From assembly GCF_003334385.1 (NCBI RefSeq), contig NZ_QOWN01000007.1: 64,000 nucleotides of DNA; one strand, 5' to 3'. The DNA comes from Escherichia coli (GTDB taxonomy: Bacteria > Pseudomonadota > Gammaproteobacteria > Enterobacterales > Enterobacteriaceae). Of the stretch, positions 1-10,316 are shown in pieces (the stretch's first letter is position 1; every line of letters starts with the position of its first letter). The notes under the pieces were generated by a model, which saw nothing but the letters and a program-made list of their open reading frames with translations, did not search any database and was not told the DNA's origin. Position numbers and translations under genes: made by a program.

Positions 1-472
1 TAGTCAGGATCGGCGCAACCAGTTCATAGGCTTCTTTCTGTCCGCCAGGCATAATGGAAGGACCTTTCAGCGCACCTTCTTCACCGCCGGAAACACCGGT
101 ACCAATGAAATTAAAGCCTTCTGCAGAAAGCTCACGGTTACGACGAATAGTGTCCTGGAAGAAGGTATTACCACCATCAATGATGATGTCACCTTTATCG
201 AGGAATGGCTTGAGGGAATCAATAGCAGCATCCGTGCCTGCACCTGCTTTCACCATTAACAGGATGCGACGAGGCGTTTCCAGAGATTCAACAAACTCTT
301 TCACCGTATAGTAAGGAACCAGTTTCTTGCCTGGATTTTCGGCAATCACTTCTTCCGTCTTTTCACGGGAACGGTTGAAAATAGAGACGGTATAACCACG
401 GCTTTCGATGTTGAGCGCAAGGTTGCGCCCCATCACTGCCATACCGACGACGCCGATCTGTTGCTTTGACAT
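1..472 (-). CDS. gnd: 6-phosphogluconate dehydrogenase, N-terminal part (3' end runs off the window)
   Basis: Reverse-complement from ATG at 470-472 reads [42 protein letters not shown]..., the recognisable Gnd N-terminus with a Rossmann GxxGxxG motif. It is absent from the ORF track because no stop codon falls in the window. The + ORF 54..311 is its antisense shadow. Confidence 0.95.
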   Translation of the reverse strand, partial: MSKQQIGVVGMAVMGRNLALNIESRGYTVSIFNRSREKTEEVIAENPGKKLVPYYTVKEFVESLETPRRILLMVKAGAGTDAAIDSLKPFLDKGDIIIDGGNTFFQDTIRRNRELSAEGFNFIGTGVSGGEEGALKGPSIMPGGQKEAYELVAPILT

Positions 473-576
473 TGTTTACTCCTGTCAGGATTGCCGCTTT
501 GATGGTGGTATTTAAAATGATGTAAACATACACCTTTATTATCATAAATAATGAACCAATAAAAGTGTTGCCTCGA

Positions 577-1587
577 TTAATCATAACCCTTTGGATTTTT
601 GAGTTGCCAAAGCCAAGCATGCTTCAACATGTCCTCAAGATTATATTTTGCGCTCCAACTTAATTCAGCTCTAATCAATGATGGATCGGCCCAGCATTCA
701 GGCACATCACCCTTTCGTCGTTTGGAGATACGATAAGGAACAGAGACATTATTAACTCGCTCAAATGTATTTACTATCTCTAATACAGATGAACCAACAC
801 CCGTACCTAAATTATAAATATGTAGACCATTTGTTTTTTTATTATTCAATGCAGCTATATGTCCTTCAGCTAAATCGCAAACATGAATAAAATCTCTGAT
901 TCCAGTTCCATCAGGCGTACTATAATCATCGCCATAAATGGTCAAATACGGCAAATCCCCAATTGCGACTTTAGTCACGTAAGGTACTAGATTATTAGGA
1001 ACTCCTAGAGGATCCTCTCCAATCTCTCCTGAAGGGTGGGCACCAATAGGGTTAAAATATCTAAGAATAGTTATATTCCAATCGCCATCAGATTGAATTA
1101 AATCCATCAAAATTTGTTCGACCATATGCTTACTGGTCCCGTAAGGATTTGTAGTTCCTCCAGTTACACATTTTTCAGTTAATGGCATATTATCTGGCAG
1201 TCCATATACAGTCGCAGAAGAACTAAATATAATATCCTTTATCCCATTTATACACATTAACTGCAATAAGTTTAACGTTCCAACTACATTGTTGTGATAA
1301 TATGTTAAAGGTGCCCTACTAGATTCTGAAACTGATTTCAATCCAGCAAAATGAATAACCTTATTAATATCATGTTTAGAAAAAATTTCTTGCAGAGATT
1401 CAGCATTACAAATATCATAATCATAAAATACAAATTCTCCACCGCTCAGCGCTTTTATTCTGTCAATCACACTTGCTTTAGAGTTTGAAAAATTATCAAC
1501 AACTATGACGTTATATTTTAACTCAATCAATCGAATTAAAGTATGAGAACCTATATATCCTAAGCCACCAGTAACTAATATGTTCAT
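577..1587 (-). CDS. GalE-family NAD-dependent UDP-hexose / UDP-N-acetylhexosamine 4-epimerase (last gene of the O-antigen cluster)
   Basis: 336 aa. N-terminal MNILVTGGLGYIGSH Rossmann motif and a YGTSK catalytic Tyr-x-x-x-Lys motif (short-chain dehydrogenase/epimerase family). Low GC like the neighbouring O-antigen genes. Substrate (Glc/Gal versus GlcNAc/GalNAc) cannot be told from sequence alone. Confidence 0.85.
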   Translation of the reverse strand: MNILVTGGLGYIGSHTLIRLIELKYNVIVVDNFSNSKASVIDRIKALSGGEFVFYDYDICNAESLQEIFSKHDINKVIHFAGLKSVSESSRAPLTYYHNNVVGTLNLLQLMCINGIKDIIFSSSATVYGLPDNMPLTEKCVTGGTTNPYGTSKHMVEQILMDLIQSDGDWNITILRYFNPIGAHPSGEIGEDPLGVPNNLVPYVTKVAIGDLPYLTIYGDDYSTPDGTGIRDFIHVCDLAEGHIAALNNKKTNGLHIYNLGTGVGSSVLEIVNTFERVNNVSVPYRISKRRKGDVPECWADPSLIRAELSWSAKYNLEDMLKHAWLWQLKNPKGYD

Positions 1588-1605
1588 GTTGTTTCCTTTA
1601 CAATG

Positions 1606-2727
1606 TCAAATGACATTAAATAATTTTCTTTTAAAAAGAATACATAACCAAGTAAAGGTAAAAAAGTAAGGAATTGCAGTTGTTCCGAGTGACATTGATG
1701 CTATCAAAAATGGAAGCACGATGACAATAGCATCCTCTTTGAGGTAAATGCACATAATGCATAATAATACTAAAAATAAAAATAATCCAATCATGCCAGT
1801 TTCAATTAAGAAAGTCAGAAACAGATTATGTGCCCCCATACCAATAACATCGACTGCATTTCCAAGACCAACCCCCAGCAATATCACCTCAACATTATTA
1901 TTCTTAATGTATTCGAGTGAATACCTAATTAAATCAAATTTACTTTCAAAGCTTATATCATCCGTGAATTTTTTAAATACAAACCATGAAAGAACAATAA
2001 GTAATACTGGCATAAGCATATATGAGAAAGCTTTGATGCGCTTATTTTTCATTAGAACAGAAAGCACAAAAAGCAATATCATTGCTATGATAGCAGCCCT
2101 AGAGAAAGTTAAAACAACCCCAACAAATAAAGCACAAAAAACAAGAAAGTATCTTACGCGCAATAAACCAACAATTTTAATATCTCTGAAGAAATAAAGA
2201 AAACAGGATAATATAAAAACAGCTTCTAGACCAACAAAGTTGGAATCGGCATACATAAGTGAGTTTACTTTATATATTTGAAAGCCGATACCCAGTTCTT
2301 CTAACTTATCAACATTTGCAAGATACGGATGTTGAATTCTCCAAAAACCATCAAGAATGAAAACGAATGAATAAAACAAGAAAACATTCAATAAATTTCT
2401 TTTTGTAATGCTTCGTCCCTTATAATAAAAATCCACCAACATTGGAGAAAGCAGCACCATACACAGATTAATTACAAGTGAAAAATGCGAGTTTATAAAA
2501 AGGAAAGTTGACAATAGTGATATAATAAGACTTATGAGTGTGAAAAAAGAAACATCCCATTTCCTGCAACTAACATTTGTAAGAAAAACCAAAATCATTG
2601 AAAGAATAAAAATAAAATAAACAGGACTAATCGCAGTTATTTGGGTTATATATAAACCACAAGATATCAACCATAAAAGGCCGATAAATGAGATTTTTTT
2701 ATCAGCATTATTATTTTCAAGTTTCAT
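1606..2727 (-). CDS. wzy: O-antigen polymerase Wzy (polytopic membrane protein)
   Basis: 373 aa, very hydrophobic with about 10 or more TM segments. Very low GC. Contains an FSRAA segment typical of Wzy / O-antigen-ligase-like proteins. Sits in an O-antigen cluster alongside a separate Wzx. Its start overlaps the upstream GT stop by 4 nt. Confidence 0.7.
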   Translation of the reverse strand: MKLENNNADKKISFIGLLWLISCGLYITQITAISPVYFIFILSMILVFLTNVSCRKWDVSFFTLISLIISLLSTFLFINSHFSLVINLCMVLLSPMLVDFYYKGRSITKRNLLNVFLFYSFVFILDGFWRIQHPYLANVDKLEELGIGFQIYKVNSLMYADSNFVGLEAVFILSCFLYFFRDIKIVGLLRVRYFLVFCALFVGVVLTFSRAAIIAMILLFVLSVLMKNKRIKAFSYMLMPVLLIVLSWFVFKKFTDDISFESKFDLIRYSLEYIKNNNVEVILLGVGLGNAVDVIGMGAHNLFLTFLIETGMIGLFLFLVLLCIMCIYLKEDAIVIVLPFLIASMSLGTTAIPYFFTFTWLCILFKRKLFNVI

Positions 2728-3782
2728 TTTTCACCAATAAGTTTCATATATATATTAAATGTCTTTTCTGAAATCACATCAAACGAATATTTTTCGTTGA
2801 CCATATCTATTCCAGTTATATTAACACCCATATATTTATTTATATCAAACTTATCTTTATTATTGCAAATAAATCCACAAGAACCGTTATTTATCATTTC
2901 ATAAGCAAGCCCTCCCATTTCCCCAATTATCGGATAGACACCATTAGCAAGTGCCTCCAACACAACATTTGGCATACCTTCTCGCTCCGATAAATGTATT
3001 AGGAATTGAGAACGACACATTATTTCATTAATTTTTTGATGTTCAATTTTACCTAAAAAATGGATATTATTACTACTAAACTGCTTACAGTTCAGCACAT
3101 AACCTGCTTCAAAACCATCAAGACTTTCATTATCGGGGCCAATTATCAAAAGTTTATATCCTTGGTTTTCAAAATTATCTTTATAAAATTTTATTCCTTC
3201 TATTATTTTTTTTCTTGGTATAATTGCAGATATTATTAAAACTATTTTTTCCTTAATCTGTTCATTCCCGTACATACAATCAGGGGCACTGACGCCATTT
3301 GGAATAGTAACCAACCTAGTGATGGGAATGTATTTACTATTAATTTCATATATTTGTTTCGATAACGTATTGTTTATCGAAATAAACCTCAACAACCAGT
3401 GCTTAAGAGACCTCAAAGAACCACGATTTATCAATGTATGGAAATCATCACAATCCAATAAAGTTGATTTCCAATAGACAGGTATTTTGAAAATAGCACA
3501 AATACCAAGAAGACCAAAATCAGCCCCATGGAAATGAACAACATCCGGTTTAATAGATTTACACAAAAGAAAGAACTGCCAAAATCTTTTATATGATGAA
3601 GATATTTCCATTACACTGAATTGAACATCCTCACTTAATTTAGAAATACGATTCTGGCATCTAGTCACAAAAATTTGTTCGATATTGGGGGCATGTTTTT
3701 TTAAAGCCTTTGCTAAATTTTTTGCTTGAAGAGATGCGCCGCTAAAGCCATAATAATTATGTACTATATGGATCACTTTCAT
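2724..3782 (-). CDS. Glycosyltransferase, GT4 (GT-B fold) family
   Basis: 352 aa. C-terminal SEREGMPNVVLEALANG, the E-x7-E motif of retaining GT4 enzymes. Low GC. Confidence 0.85.
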   Translation of the reverse strand: MKVIHIVHNYYGFSGASLQAKNLAKALKKHAPNIEQIFVTRCQNRISKLSEDVQFSVMEISSSYKRFWQFFLLCKSIKPDVVHFHGADFGLLGICAIFKIPVYWKSTLLDCDDFHTLINRGSLRSLKHWLLRFISINNTLSKQIYEINSKYIPITRLVTIPNGVSAPDCMYGNEQIKEKIVLIISAIIPRKKIIEGIKFYKDNFENQGYKLLIIGPDNESLDGFEAGYVLNCKQFSSNNIHFLGKIEHQKINEIMCRSQFLIHLSEREGMPNVVLEALANGVYPIIGEMGGLAYEMINNGSCGFICNNKDKFDINKYMGVNITGIDMVNEKYSFDVISEKTFNIYMKLIGEK

Positions 3783-3991
3783 TTATATATTTTTCTCTTT
3801 GAAAACCTAATAGAAAACATTTTAAATTTATTTACTATTGTGCTGTCTATAATAAAATTTTTGCTATCACACAACACACAAAAAAGGTAAAACCATTGAA
3901 ATAACGTTAATAATATTTTATTACCGTCAGTTTTTTGGTCTTCAATACACCTTTACCTCAAGTGAATTCACCTTACACAAAGCAAGCGTAC

Positions 3992-5215
3992 TCAAATATA
4001 ACAATCGCTATTTTTAGCATCTCGAATGCTACATTTTATCGCATAACCGATAATACCCAAGTTGAAAAGCATACCAATTATAGAATAAATGTATATGAAA
4101 TCTATAAATGATAACTTCATATAAAAGCTATAGCATACAGCCATTACTCTAAATACCAATAGGAACATATCATAGATAAATAAAGATCTGAATCGTCCAA
4201 TAACAGTTAAATATGAAGTTGAAGTAACATTAGCAAAAGATACCAAGAGCCACCATGCTAAAGCTGAAGCTATTTCACCAGCGCCTTCCCATTCTTCACC
4301 TGCATAAATTTTAAAAAAATCAGTTGCAAATAAATTAATGAGAATTATTCCGATCATACTTAGAGATAGTAATAAGATCGAGCTTCTCCATATTATATTT
4401 GATAAAAGACGATAATTTCTTTTATTCCTATTTAACTCTCCCAGAATATATGGTCTAACGGCATTTGTGAAAAAAATAATTGGTACCTGAGTTAATCTTA
4501 CAGCCAAGCCATACAGACTTACAATATAAAAACCATATTGTCCAGAAATAAAAAGAACTGGCAATTGTGAAGAAAAAGAACTAGCAAGAGACTGAACAGA
4601 GCTCAAACCGGCTTCTCTGATCTTCAAAAAACTCACTTTAAACTTAAATTTTCTATTAAGTTTTCTTCCTAGTTTTAAGCAAAATAGGATACATATTATT
4701 TGAGATAATAGAAAGCTCACAATAAGCCCATTTTTAGAAAACTTAAACAAAATTAATTGTAATACAACTAAGCTTGAAGTCCTAATGATATTTAATATTA
4801 TTATGGTTCTGTAATAAGAATACAGACTAAAGTAAGACGTATATAACTGCAATATCGCAAAGGTAAATATTGATGGAGCAATAACAAGGTAACTTATATC
4901 AAATTTAAAAAAATAAAATAATGCTCCAGTCGCAATTAAACACAATAAGGATATGCATATTGCGATAACAAGTCCATTACAAAAACATATGTACCACGAA
5001 TATTTGTCATCGAAATTATACATTATCTGATCATATCTACCGCACGCAATAACTCCCAATATTAAAACCACTGCCATGATAGTAGAATATATACCAAAAT
5101 CACTTGGTTGATAAATTCTTGTAAGTAAGGGGGTGCCTAATATAACAATAATTTGTGCTAATGCATTACCACCGATTACTTTACTTATGGTGGTACTTAT
5201 TTTTTTTAGAGACAT
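3992..5215 (-). CDS. wzx: O-antigen flippase Wzx (MOP/PST family)
   Basis: The track ORF is 3992..5305. I place the start at the internal ATG 5213-5215 (MSLKKISTTISKVIGGNALAQIIVILGTPLLTRIY...), a typical polysaccharide-transporter N-terminus. The upstream 30 codons lie inside the preceding gene. About 12 TM segments. Confidence 0.8.
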   Translation of the reverse strand: MSLKKISTTISKVIGGNALAQIIVILGTPLLTRIYQPSDFGIYSTIMAVVLILGVIACGRYDQIMYNFDDKYSWYICFCNGLVIAICISLLCLIATGALFYFFKFDISYLVIAPSIFTFAILQLYTSYFSLYSYYRTIIILNIIRTSSLVVLQLILFKFSKNGLIVSFLLSQIICILFCLKLGRKLNRKFKFKVSFLKIREAGLSSVQSLASSFSSQLPVLFISGQYGFYIVSLYGLAVRLTQVPIIFFTNAVRPYILGELNRNKRNYRLLSNIIWRSSILLLSLSMIGIILINLFATDFFKIYAGEEWEGAGEIASALAWWLLVSFANVTSTSYLTVIGRFRSLFIYDMFLLVFRVMAVCYSFYMKLSFIDFIYIYSIIGMLFNLGIIGYAIKCSIRDAKNSDCYI

Positions 5216-5963
5216 ACTTTCTCTTTTCCGATAAATATATAAGTGCACTACGCAAATGCCAATAAAAATGTTTTGATAAAAAACGCCGATTATTGTGCCT
5301 CGCAATATGTATGGCTTTTATAGTTGGTATGTAAACTAACTTATAGCCATAAGAATTTATCCTCATGCATATATCTATATCTTCACAATACATGAAATAT
5401 CGGATATCAAAACCACCTACTTCTTTATAGATATATGACTTTAATGCCAAGAACGACCCTGCGGCCCAAGCTACGGTAGTATTTGAATTAATTGACGATT
5501 TGTTTATTATTGTTTTATTTGAGAAACCAAGATAACCACTTACAAAGTCAAGGATGCCCGGATAATTCCTGATTGATGGATCATATATTTTATAGTCTCT
5601 ATCTTTATAAAGATTTATAGTAGCAAACTCTATATTTTCACATATCATCTTATTTTTAAGTTTTATCAATTCATTTTCTTCAACAATTACATCTGGATTC
5701 ATTATTATAAATATATCATCTGACTGCATTTTCAATTCAGATATGCAATAATTAAATATAATATTATTATTCTCACCAAAGCCTTTAGGAATATCGCTAC
5801 TTAAATAGATTATATTATTATGCTTGCAATACTCTTTAAGATTGGATTCATTTTTATTATCTTTAAGCACAACACTAAACTTTTCCGAAAGTTTTTCTAA
5901 ACACCTTAATGACTCAATTAATTCCCCGTGTCCATGTGATACAACAGATATAAAAACCCTCAT
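5181..5963 (-). CDS. GT2-family rhamnosyltransferase, WbbL-like
   Basis: 260 aa. Blocks ISVVSHGHGELIESL, WAAGSFLAL, GFDIRYFMYCEDIDICMR and YWHLRSALIYL parallel the K-12 WbbL rhamnosyltransferase as I recall it. Co-located with rmlBDAC. Confidence 0.75.
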   Translation of the reverse strand: MRVFISVVSHGHGELIESLRCLEKLSEKFSVVLKDNKNESNLKEYCKHNNIIYLSSDIPKGFGENNNIIFNYCISELKMQSDDIFIIMNPDVIVEENELIKLKNKMICENIEFATINLYKDRDYKIYDPSIRNYPGILDFVSGYLGFSNKTIINKSSINSNTTVAWAAGSFLALKSYIYKEVGGFDIRYFMYCEDIDICMRINSYGYKLVYIPTIKAIHIARHNNRRFLSKHFYWHLRSALIYLSEKRKYVSKKNKYHHK

Positions 5964-7003
5964 TTTACTTCCTTACAAGTCATATATAATTCATGATATG
6001 ATTGAGCCATAGAATCTGAACTATAATTTTGCTTTAGCCTTATATACGCGTCATTTATATCATTATTTATTGAATTCTTTATCGCTTGAATAAGTGAGTT
6101 TGTATTATCCAGGTCAAAAAAAGACACTTGTCGTTCAGTAAAGGTTTCTTTAAATATTGGAATATTTGAGCAAACTACTGTTTTTTTTGCAGCAACAGCC
6201 TCAAGCAATGCGAGACTAAATCCTTCCGATCTACTTGGCATTAAATAAATATCGATATACTTTAGTAAATCTTTAGCGTTTTCTCTATAGCCCAGAATAA
6301 AAAATCGCTTTCTCACATTCAGACTTATAGCTAAATTCTCTAAATATTCTCTTGCAGGCCCATCACCAATAATTATAAATTTACAATTTGGTAAGAATGG
6401 CAAGGCATACAGAATCTGTTCTATACCTTTCCTGTGATTTGCTAAGCAAAGTGTTCCCAGAAGAGTACTGTTTCCTTTAAACTTCTTTATTATTTCCTTA
6501 TCTTCAGAACTAATATTACTTCCTATACACAGATCAATTCCATTATATATCACCTCTAATTTCTTAGGTTTTAGTTCATGTTCCGTATAATATTTTTTTG
6601 CTACTTTTGATAACACGACTATCTTATCAAATCTATTCCAAATCCTAAACCATAATTCAGAGACAATTTTAGATATCACGCTCCCATGTGTATATTGTAT
6701 ATCTTCTGTTACTATATTATGGATTGTACTTATTTTAAGTCCTTTATAAAATGGAAGTAACCCAACCAAGATATCTGGCCTAAGCATATGTGAATGCAAA
6801 ACATCAAAGGTGTATAATTTTCGCACATTACCTAAAGTCAAAACTTCTGTATCACAAGTAAAATTTAATCCTAATTCTTTTTTTATATAGAAAACCTTAA
6901 GGTACACACCTTCTTTATCGCTTAATCTATTAATAAGAGTATGTGCAACTCTATTCGGTCCAACGTTTTTCAATGATGGTAATATTATTGCTATTTTTAT
7001 CAA
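5960..7003 (-). CDS. Glycosyltransferase, GT4 family
   Basis: 347 aa. SRSEGFSLALLEAVAAKK, the E-x7-E motif. Low GC. Confidence 0.85.
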   Translation of the reverse strand: MIKIAIILPSLKNVGPNRVAHTLINRLSDKEGVYLKVFYIKKELGLNFTCDTEVLTLGNVRKLYTFDVLHSHMLRPDILVGLLPFYKGLKISTIHNIVTEDIQYTHGSVISKIVSELWFRIWNRFDKIVVLSKVAKKYYTEHELKPKKLEVIYNGIDLCIGSNISSEDKEIIKKFKGNSTLLGTLCLANHRKGIEQILYALPFLPNCKFIIIGDGPAREYLENLAISLNVRKRFFILGYRENAKDLLKYIDIYLMPSRSEGFSLALLEAVAAKKTVVCSNIPIFKETFTERQVSFFDLDNTNSLIQAIKNSINNDINDAYIRLKQNYSSDSMAQSYHELYMTCKEVK

Positions 7004-7004
7004 C

Positions 7005-7919
7005 TTAGTAACCCTTGTTATACTTTCTTTTAAAAACCTGCCGCTTTATTATATTTTGAACTGTATAAGGACTTATAAGCGACAAACATAAATAAGCTGC
7101 ACCTTTTAATGTTCTTTTATTCTCTATTGCTTTTTTTAAAAAGAAACATGACCAAGAATGTATTTTAGTGATGATGTTAAATTCATTTATTTTAGGTAAC
7201 TCAGACTCAATATCAATTGTATTAATGATGCCTTTTTTAAATTTTTTGCACAGATAGTTTGATATAACTCTTTGTTTTAGAGAAGATTCAGTTAGTGTAT
7301 TCCCCGAACGCAAACGTATCATTGATCCATAATACGGAACATTCCCTATTCTTATACCATAATCCAAACATCTTAAAATAAAATCATAATCTTCAGCTGG
7401 ATTTGTATTCCTGTATCCATTAAGTTTATCGTAAACATCTTTCTTTGCTAACCATATATGAAGTACAGGAGATGTATAGCTAACACATTGTCTCACTTCT
7501 AAGTCTGAAACCGGATATTTACATGAAGCTATTTGTCTGCCTGACTCATCTATGTTTTTTATCCAACATCCGACCAATCCATATTCTTGATTCTCCTTTA
7601 GAAAATCTATTTGCTTTTGAATTCGTAATGGATCTTGTATATCATCACCATCAGCTCTAGCTATATAATCACCGCTACAATATTTAAGCCCCTTGTTTAG
7701 TGCTACAGTTATCCCTGAGTTTACATTATTACGAACAATAATTATATTATTATTTCTTTTCGCAATTTCATCTATAATGAGCGAGGTACCATCAGTAGAC
7801 GCATCGTCTACAATCACTAATTCTATATTCTGATATGTTTGGTTTAAAATACTAGTAATCGCAGCCCTAATATATTTTTCCACATTATAAACAGGCATTA
7901 ATATGCTAACTTTATTCAT
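7005..7919 (-). CDS. Glycosyltransferase, GT2 family
   Basis: 304 aa. N-terminal VSILMPVYNVEKYI...LVIVDDASTDGT...ARADGDD, the GT-A fold with DxD motifs. Confidence 0.85.
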   Translation of the reverse strand: MNKVSILMPVYNVEKYIRAAITSILNQTYQNIELVIVDDASTDGTSLIIDEIAKRNNNIIIVRNNVNSGITVALNKGLKYCSGDYIARADGDDIQDPLRIQKQIDFLKENQEYGLVGCWIKNIDESGRQIASCKYPVSDLEVRQCVSYTSPVLHIWLAKKDVYDKLNGYRNTNPAEDYDFILRCLDYGIRIGNVPYYGSMIRLRSGNTLTESSLKQRVISNYLCKKFKKGIINTIDIESELPKINEFNIITKIHSWSCFFLKKAIENKRTLKGAAYLCLSLISPYTVQNIIKRQVFKRKYNKGY

Positions 7920-8476
7920 AATCTATCAACCACCATATGCACGTATTCATCGAGAGATACCCCTTTTGAATCTTTTTCTGAGAGTCTCATATACTCTGCA
8001 CGCTGCCACTCAATCCCTATTTTTTCATCATCAAATCGAATACAAACTTCATGTTTTGGAGAATAAAAATTAGTTGTTTTATAAAGAAATTCTGCATTAT
8101 CTGACAACGTTATGAATCCATGTGCAAACCCTTCCGGGATCCACAATTGCCGTTTATTTTCAGCAGATAAATTAATCCCTACCCATTTACCAAAAGTGGG
8201 TGAAGATTTACGGATATCAACCGCCACATCAAAAACTTCACCAACAACACAACGCACCAATTTTCCTTGTGCGTAAGGTTCTAGCTGATAATGTAGCCCG
8301 CGTAAAACACCTTTGCTTGACTTCGAATGGTTGTCCTGAACAAACTCGATCTTCCGCCCGACAGCTTCCTCAAAAACCTTCTGGTTAAAACTCTCAAAAA
8401 AGAAACCGCGCTCATCGCTAAAAACTTTCGGTTCAAAAATTAGCACATCTGGAATGTCAGTTTTAATTACGTTCAT
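7916..8476 (-). CDS. rmlC: dTDP-4-dehydrorhamnose 3,5-epimerase
   Basis: 186 aa. MNVIKTDIPDVLIFEPKVFSDERGFFFESF...LRGLHYQ...GKLVRCVVGEVFDVAVDIR, the RmlC cupin signature. Confidence 0.95.
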   Translation of the reverse strand: MNVIKTDIPDVLIFEPKVFSDERGFFFESFNQKVFEEAVGRKIEFVQDNHSKSSKGVLRGLHYQLEPYAQGKLVRCVVGEVFDVAVDIRKSSPTFGKWVGINLSAENKRQLWIPEGFAHGFITLSDNAEFLYKTTNFYSPKHEVCIRFDDEKIGIEWQRAEYMRLSEKDSKGVSLDEYVHMVVDRL

Positions 8477-8483
8477 TTTATTA

Positions 8484-9359
8484 CTAACCTTTAATCATTT
8501 TCAGCAGATACTGACCATAAGCATTTTTTTTCAGCGGCTCAGCTAATGCTTTCACCTGCTCTGCATCAATAAACCCTTTACGGTAAGCAATTTCTTCCGG
8601 GCAGGAAACCTTTAGTCCCTGGCGCTCTTCAATGGTGGCAATGAAGTTGCTTGCTTCAATAAGACTTTGATGCGTCCCCGTGTCAAGCCATGCATAACCA
8701 CGCCCCATCATGGCAACGGATAAACGCCCCTGTTCCATATAAATACGGTTAATATCGGTAATTTCCAGTTCACCACGGGCAGAAGGCTTAAGATTTTTCG
8801 CCATTTCGACAACGTCGTTATCATAAAAATAAAGCCCAGTTACCGCATAATTACTTTTTGGTTGTAACGGTTTTTCTTCCAGACTAATTGCCGTACCGTT
8901 TTTATCAAACTCAACGACACCGTAGCGTTCAGGATCATTTACGTGATAAGCAAATACTGTTGCACCACTTTCTTTGTTAACAGCGACATCCATTAACTTC
9001 GGCAGATCGTGGCCGTAGAAGATATTATCACCAAGAACCAAAGCACAATCATCACCACCGATAAACTCTTCACCGATAATAAACGCCTGCGCAAGCCCAT
9101 CTGGAGTCGGTTGCACTTTGTACTGAAGATTTAGCCCCCACTGGCTACCGTCACCCAGCAGTTGTTGAAAACGAGGAGTATCCTGTGACGTACTAATAAT
9201 CAGAATATCGCGAATACCCGCCAACATCAGTGTAGAGAGCGGGTAATAGATCATCGGCTTATCATAAATAGGTAATAGCTGTTTACTGACAGCCATAGTC
9301 ACAGGATAAAGACGTGTACCAGAACCACCCGCTAAAATAATACCTTTACGCGTTTTCAT
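8484..9359 (-). CDS. rmlA: Glucose-1-phosphate thymidylyltransferase
   Basis: 291 aa. [17 protein letters not shown] nucleotidyltransferase motif. Full-length RmlA-like sequence. Confidence 0.95.
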   Translation of the reverse strand: MKTRKGIILAGGSGTRLYPVTMAVSKQLLPIYDKPMIYYPLSTLMLAGIRDILIISTSQDTPRFQQLLGDGSQWGLNLQYKVQPTPDGLAQAFIIGEEFIGGDDCALVLGDNIFYGHDLPKLMDVAVNKESGATVFAYHVNDPERYGVVEFDKNGTAISLEEKPLQPKSNYAVTGLYFYDNDVVEMAKNLKPSARGELEITDINRIYMEQGRLSVAMMGRGYAWLDTGTHQSLIEASNFIATIEERQGLKVSCPEEIAYRKGFIDAEQVKALAEPLKKNAYGQYLLKMIKG

Positions 9360-9416
9360 TTCATCATTCCTTTTAATTCATCTTGCTCCATCATCACGAA
9401 CAAGATGCAAAAACTA

Positions 9417-10316
9417 TTAAATTGCTGTAGTCGTAAACAATTCGTTGAGCATTCGTTTCACGCCAACCTGCCAGTCAGGCAAGACAAGCGCAAAGTTCTG
9501 CTGAAATTTTTCTGTATTAAGGCGAGAGTTATGTGGACGACGAGCTGGTGTAGGATAGGCTGATGTTGGTACTGCGTTGAGCTTGTTGAGCGCAAGGGGA
9601 ATGCCTGCTTTGCGCGCCTCTTCAAAAACAAGCGCAGCATAATCGTGCCAGGTTGTGGTACCACTGGCTACCAAATGGTACAAACCTGCGACTTCTAGCT
9701 TATTCAATGCCACACGAATGGCATGCGCCGTACAATCAGCCAGCAGCTCAGCACCTGTTGGTGCACCAAACTGATCGTTAATAACCGCTAATTCTTCACG
9801 CTCTTTTGCCAGACGTAACATCGTTTTGGCGAAGTTATTTCCTTTACCTGCATAGACCCAGCTGGTCCGGAAAATAAGGTGCTTCGCACAATGCTCTTGT
9901 AATGCTTTTTCTCCAGCTAACTTGGTTACACCGTAAACATTTAGCGGTGCGGTTGCATCCGTCTCCAGCCATGGCGTGTCGCCATTTCCAGGGAATACGT
10001 AGTCAGTTGAGTAATGAATTACCCAAGCCCCAACTTCATTAGCCGCTTTTGCAATTGATTCAACGCTAGTCGCATTGAGTAATTGTGCAAATTCGGGTTC
10101 TGACTCAGCCTTATCTACTGCGGTGTGAGCCGCAGCATTAACAATAACATCAGGGCGAATTTTTTTGACGGTTTCAGCCACACCTTCAGGATTACTAAAA
10201 TCACCACAATAATCAGTGGAGTGAACATCAAGAGCAATCAAATTACCCAAAGGTGCCAGAGCACGCTGTAGTTCCCAACCTACCTGCCCTGTTTTGCCGA
10301 AAAGGAGAATATTCAT
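9417..10316 (-). CDS. rmlD: dTDP-4-dehydrorhamnose reductase
   Basis: 299 aa. [18 protein letters not shown]... RmlD family. Position between rmlB and rmlA. Confidence 0.95.
   Translation of the reverse strand: MNILLFGKTGQVGWELQRALAPLGNLIALDVHSTDYCGDFSNPEGVAETVKKIRPDVIVNAAAHTAVDKAESEPEFAQLLNATSVESIAKAANEVGAWVIHYSTDYVFPGNGDTPWLETDATAPLNVYGVTKLAGEKALQEHCAKHLIFRTSWVYAGKGNNFAKTMLRLAKEREELAVINDQFGAPTGAELLADCTAHAIRVALNKLEVAGLYHLVASGTTTWHDYAALVFEEARKAGIPLALNKLNAVPTSAYPTPARRPHNSRLNTEKFQQNFALVLPDWQVGVKRMLNELFTTTAI

Noticed and set aside
54-311. An 85-aa + strand ORF at the left edge.
   Set aside because: It is antisense to the clearly recognisable gnd coding sequence (minus strand, 1..472).
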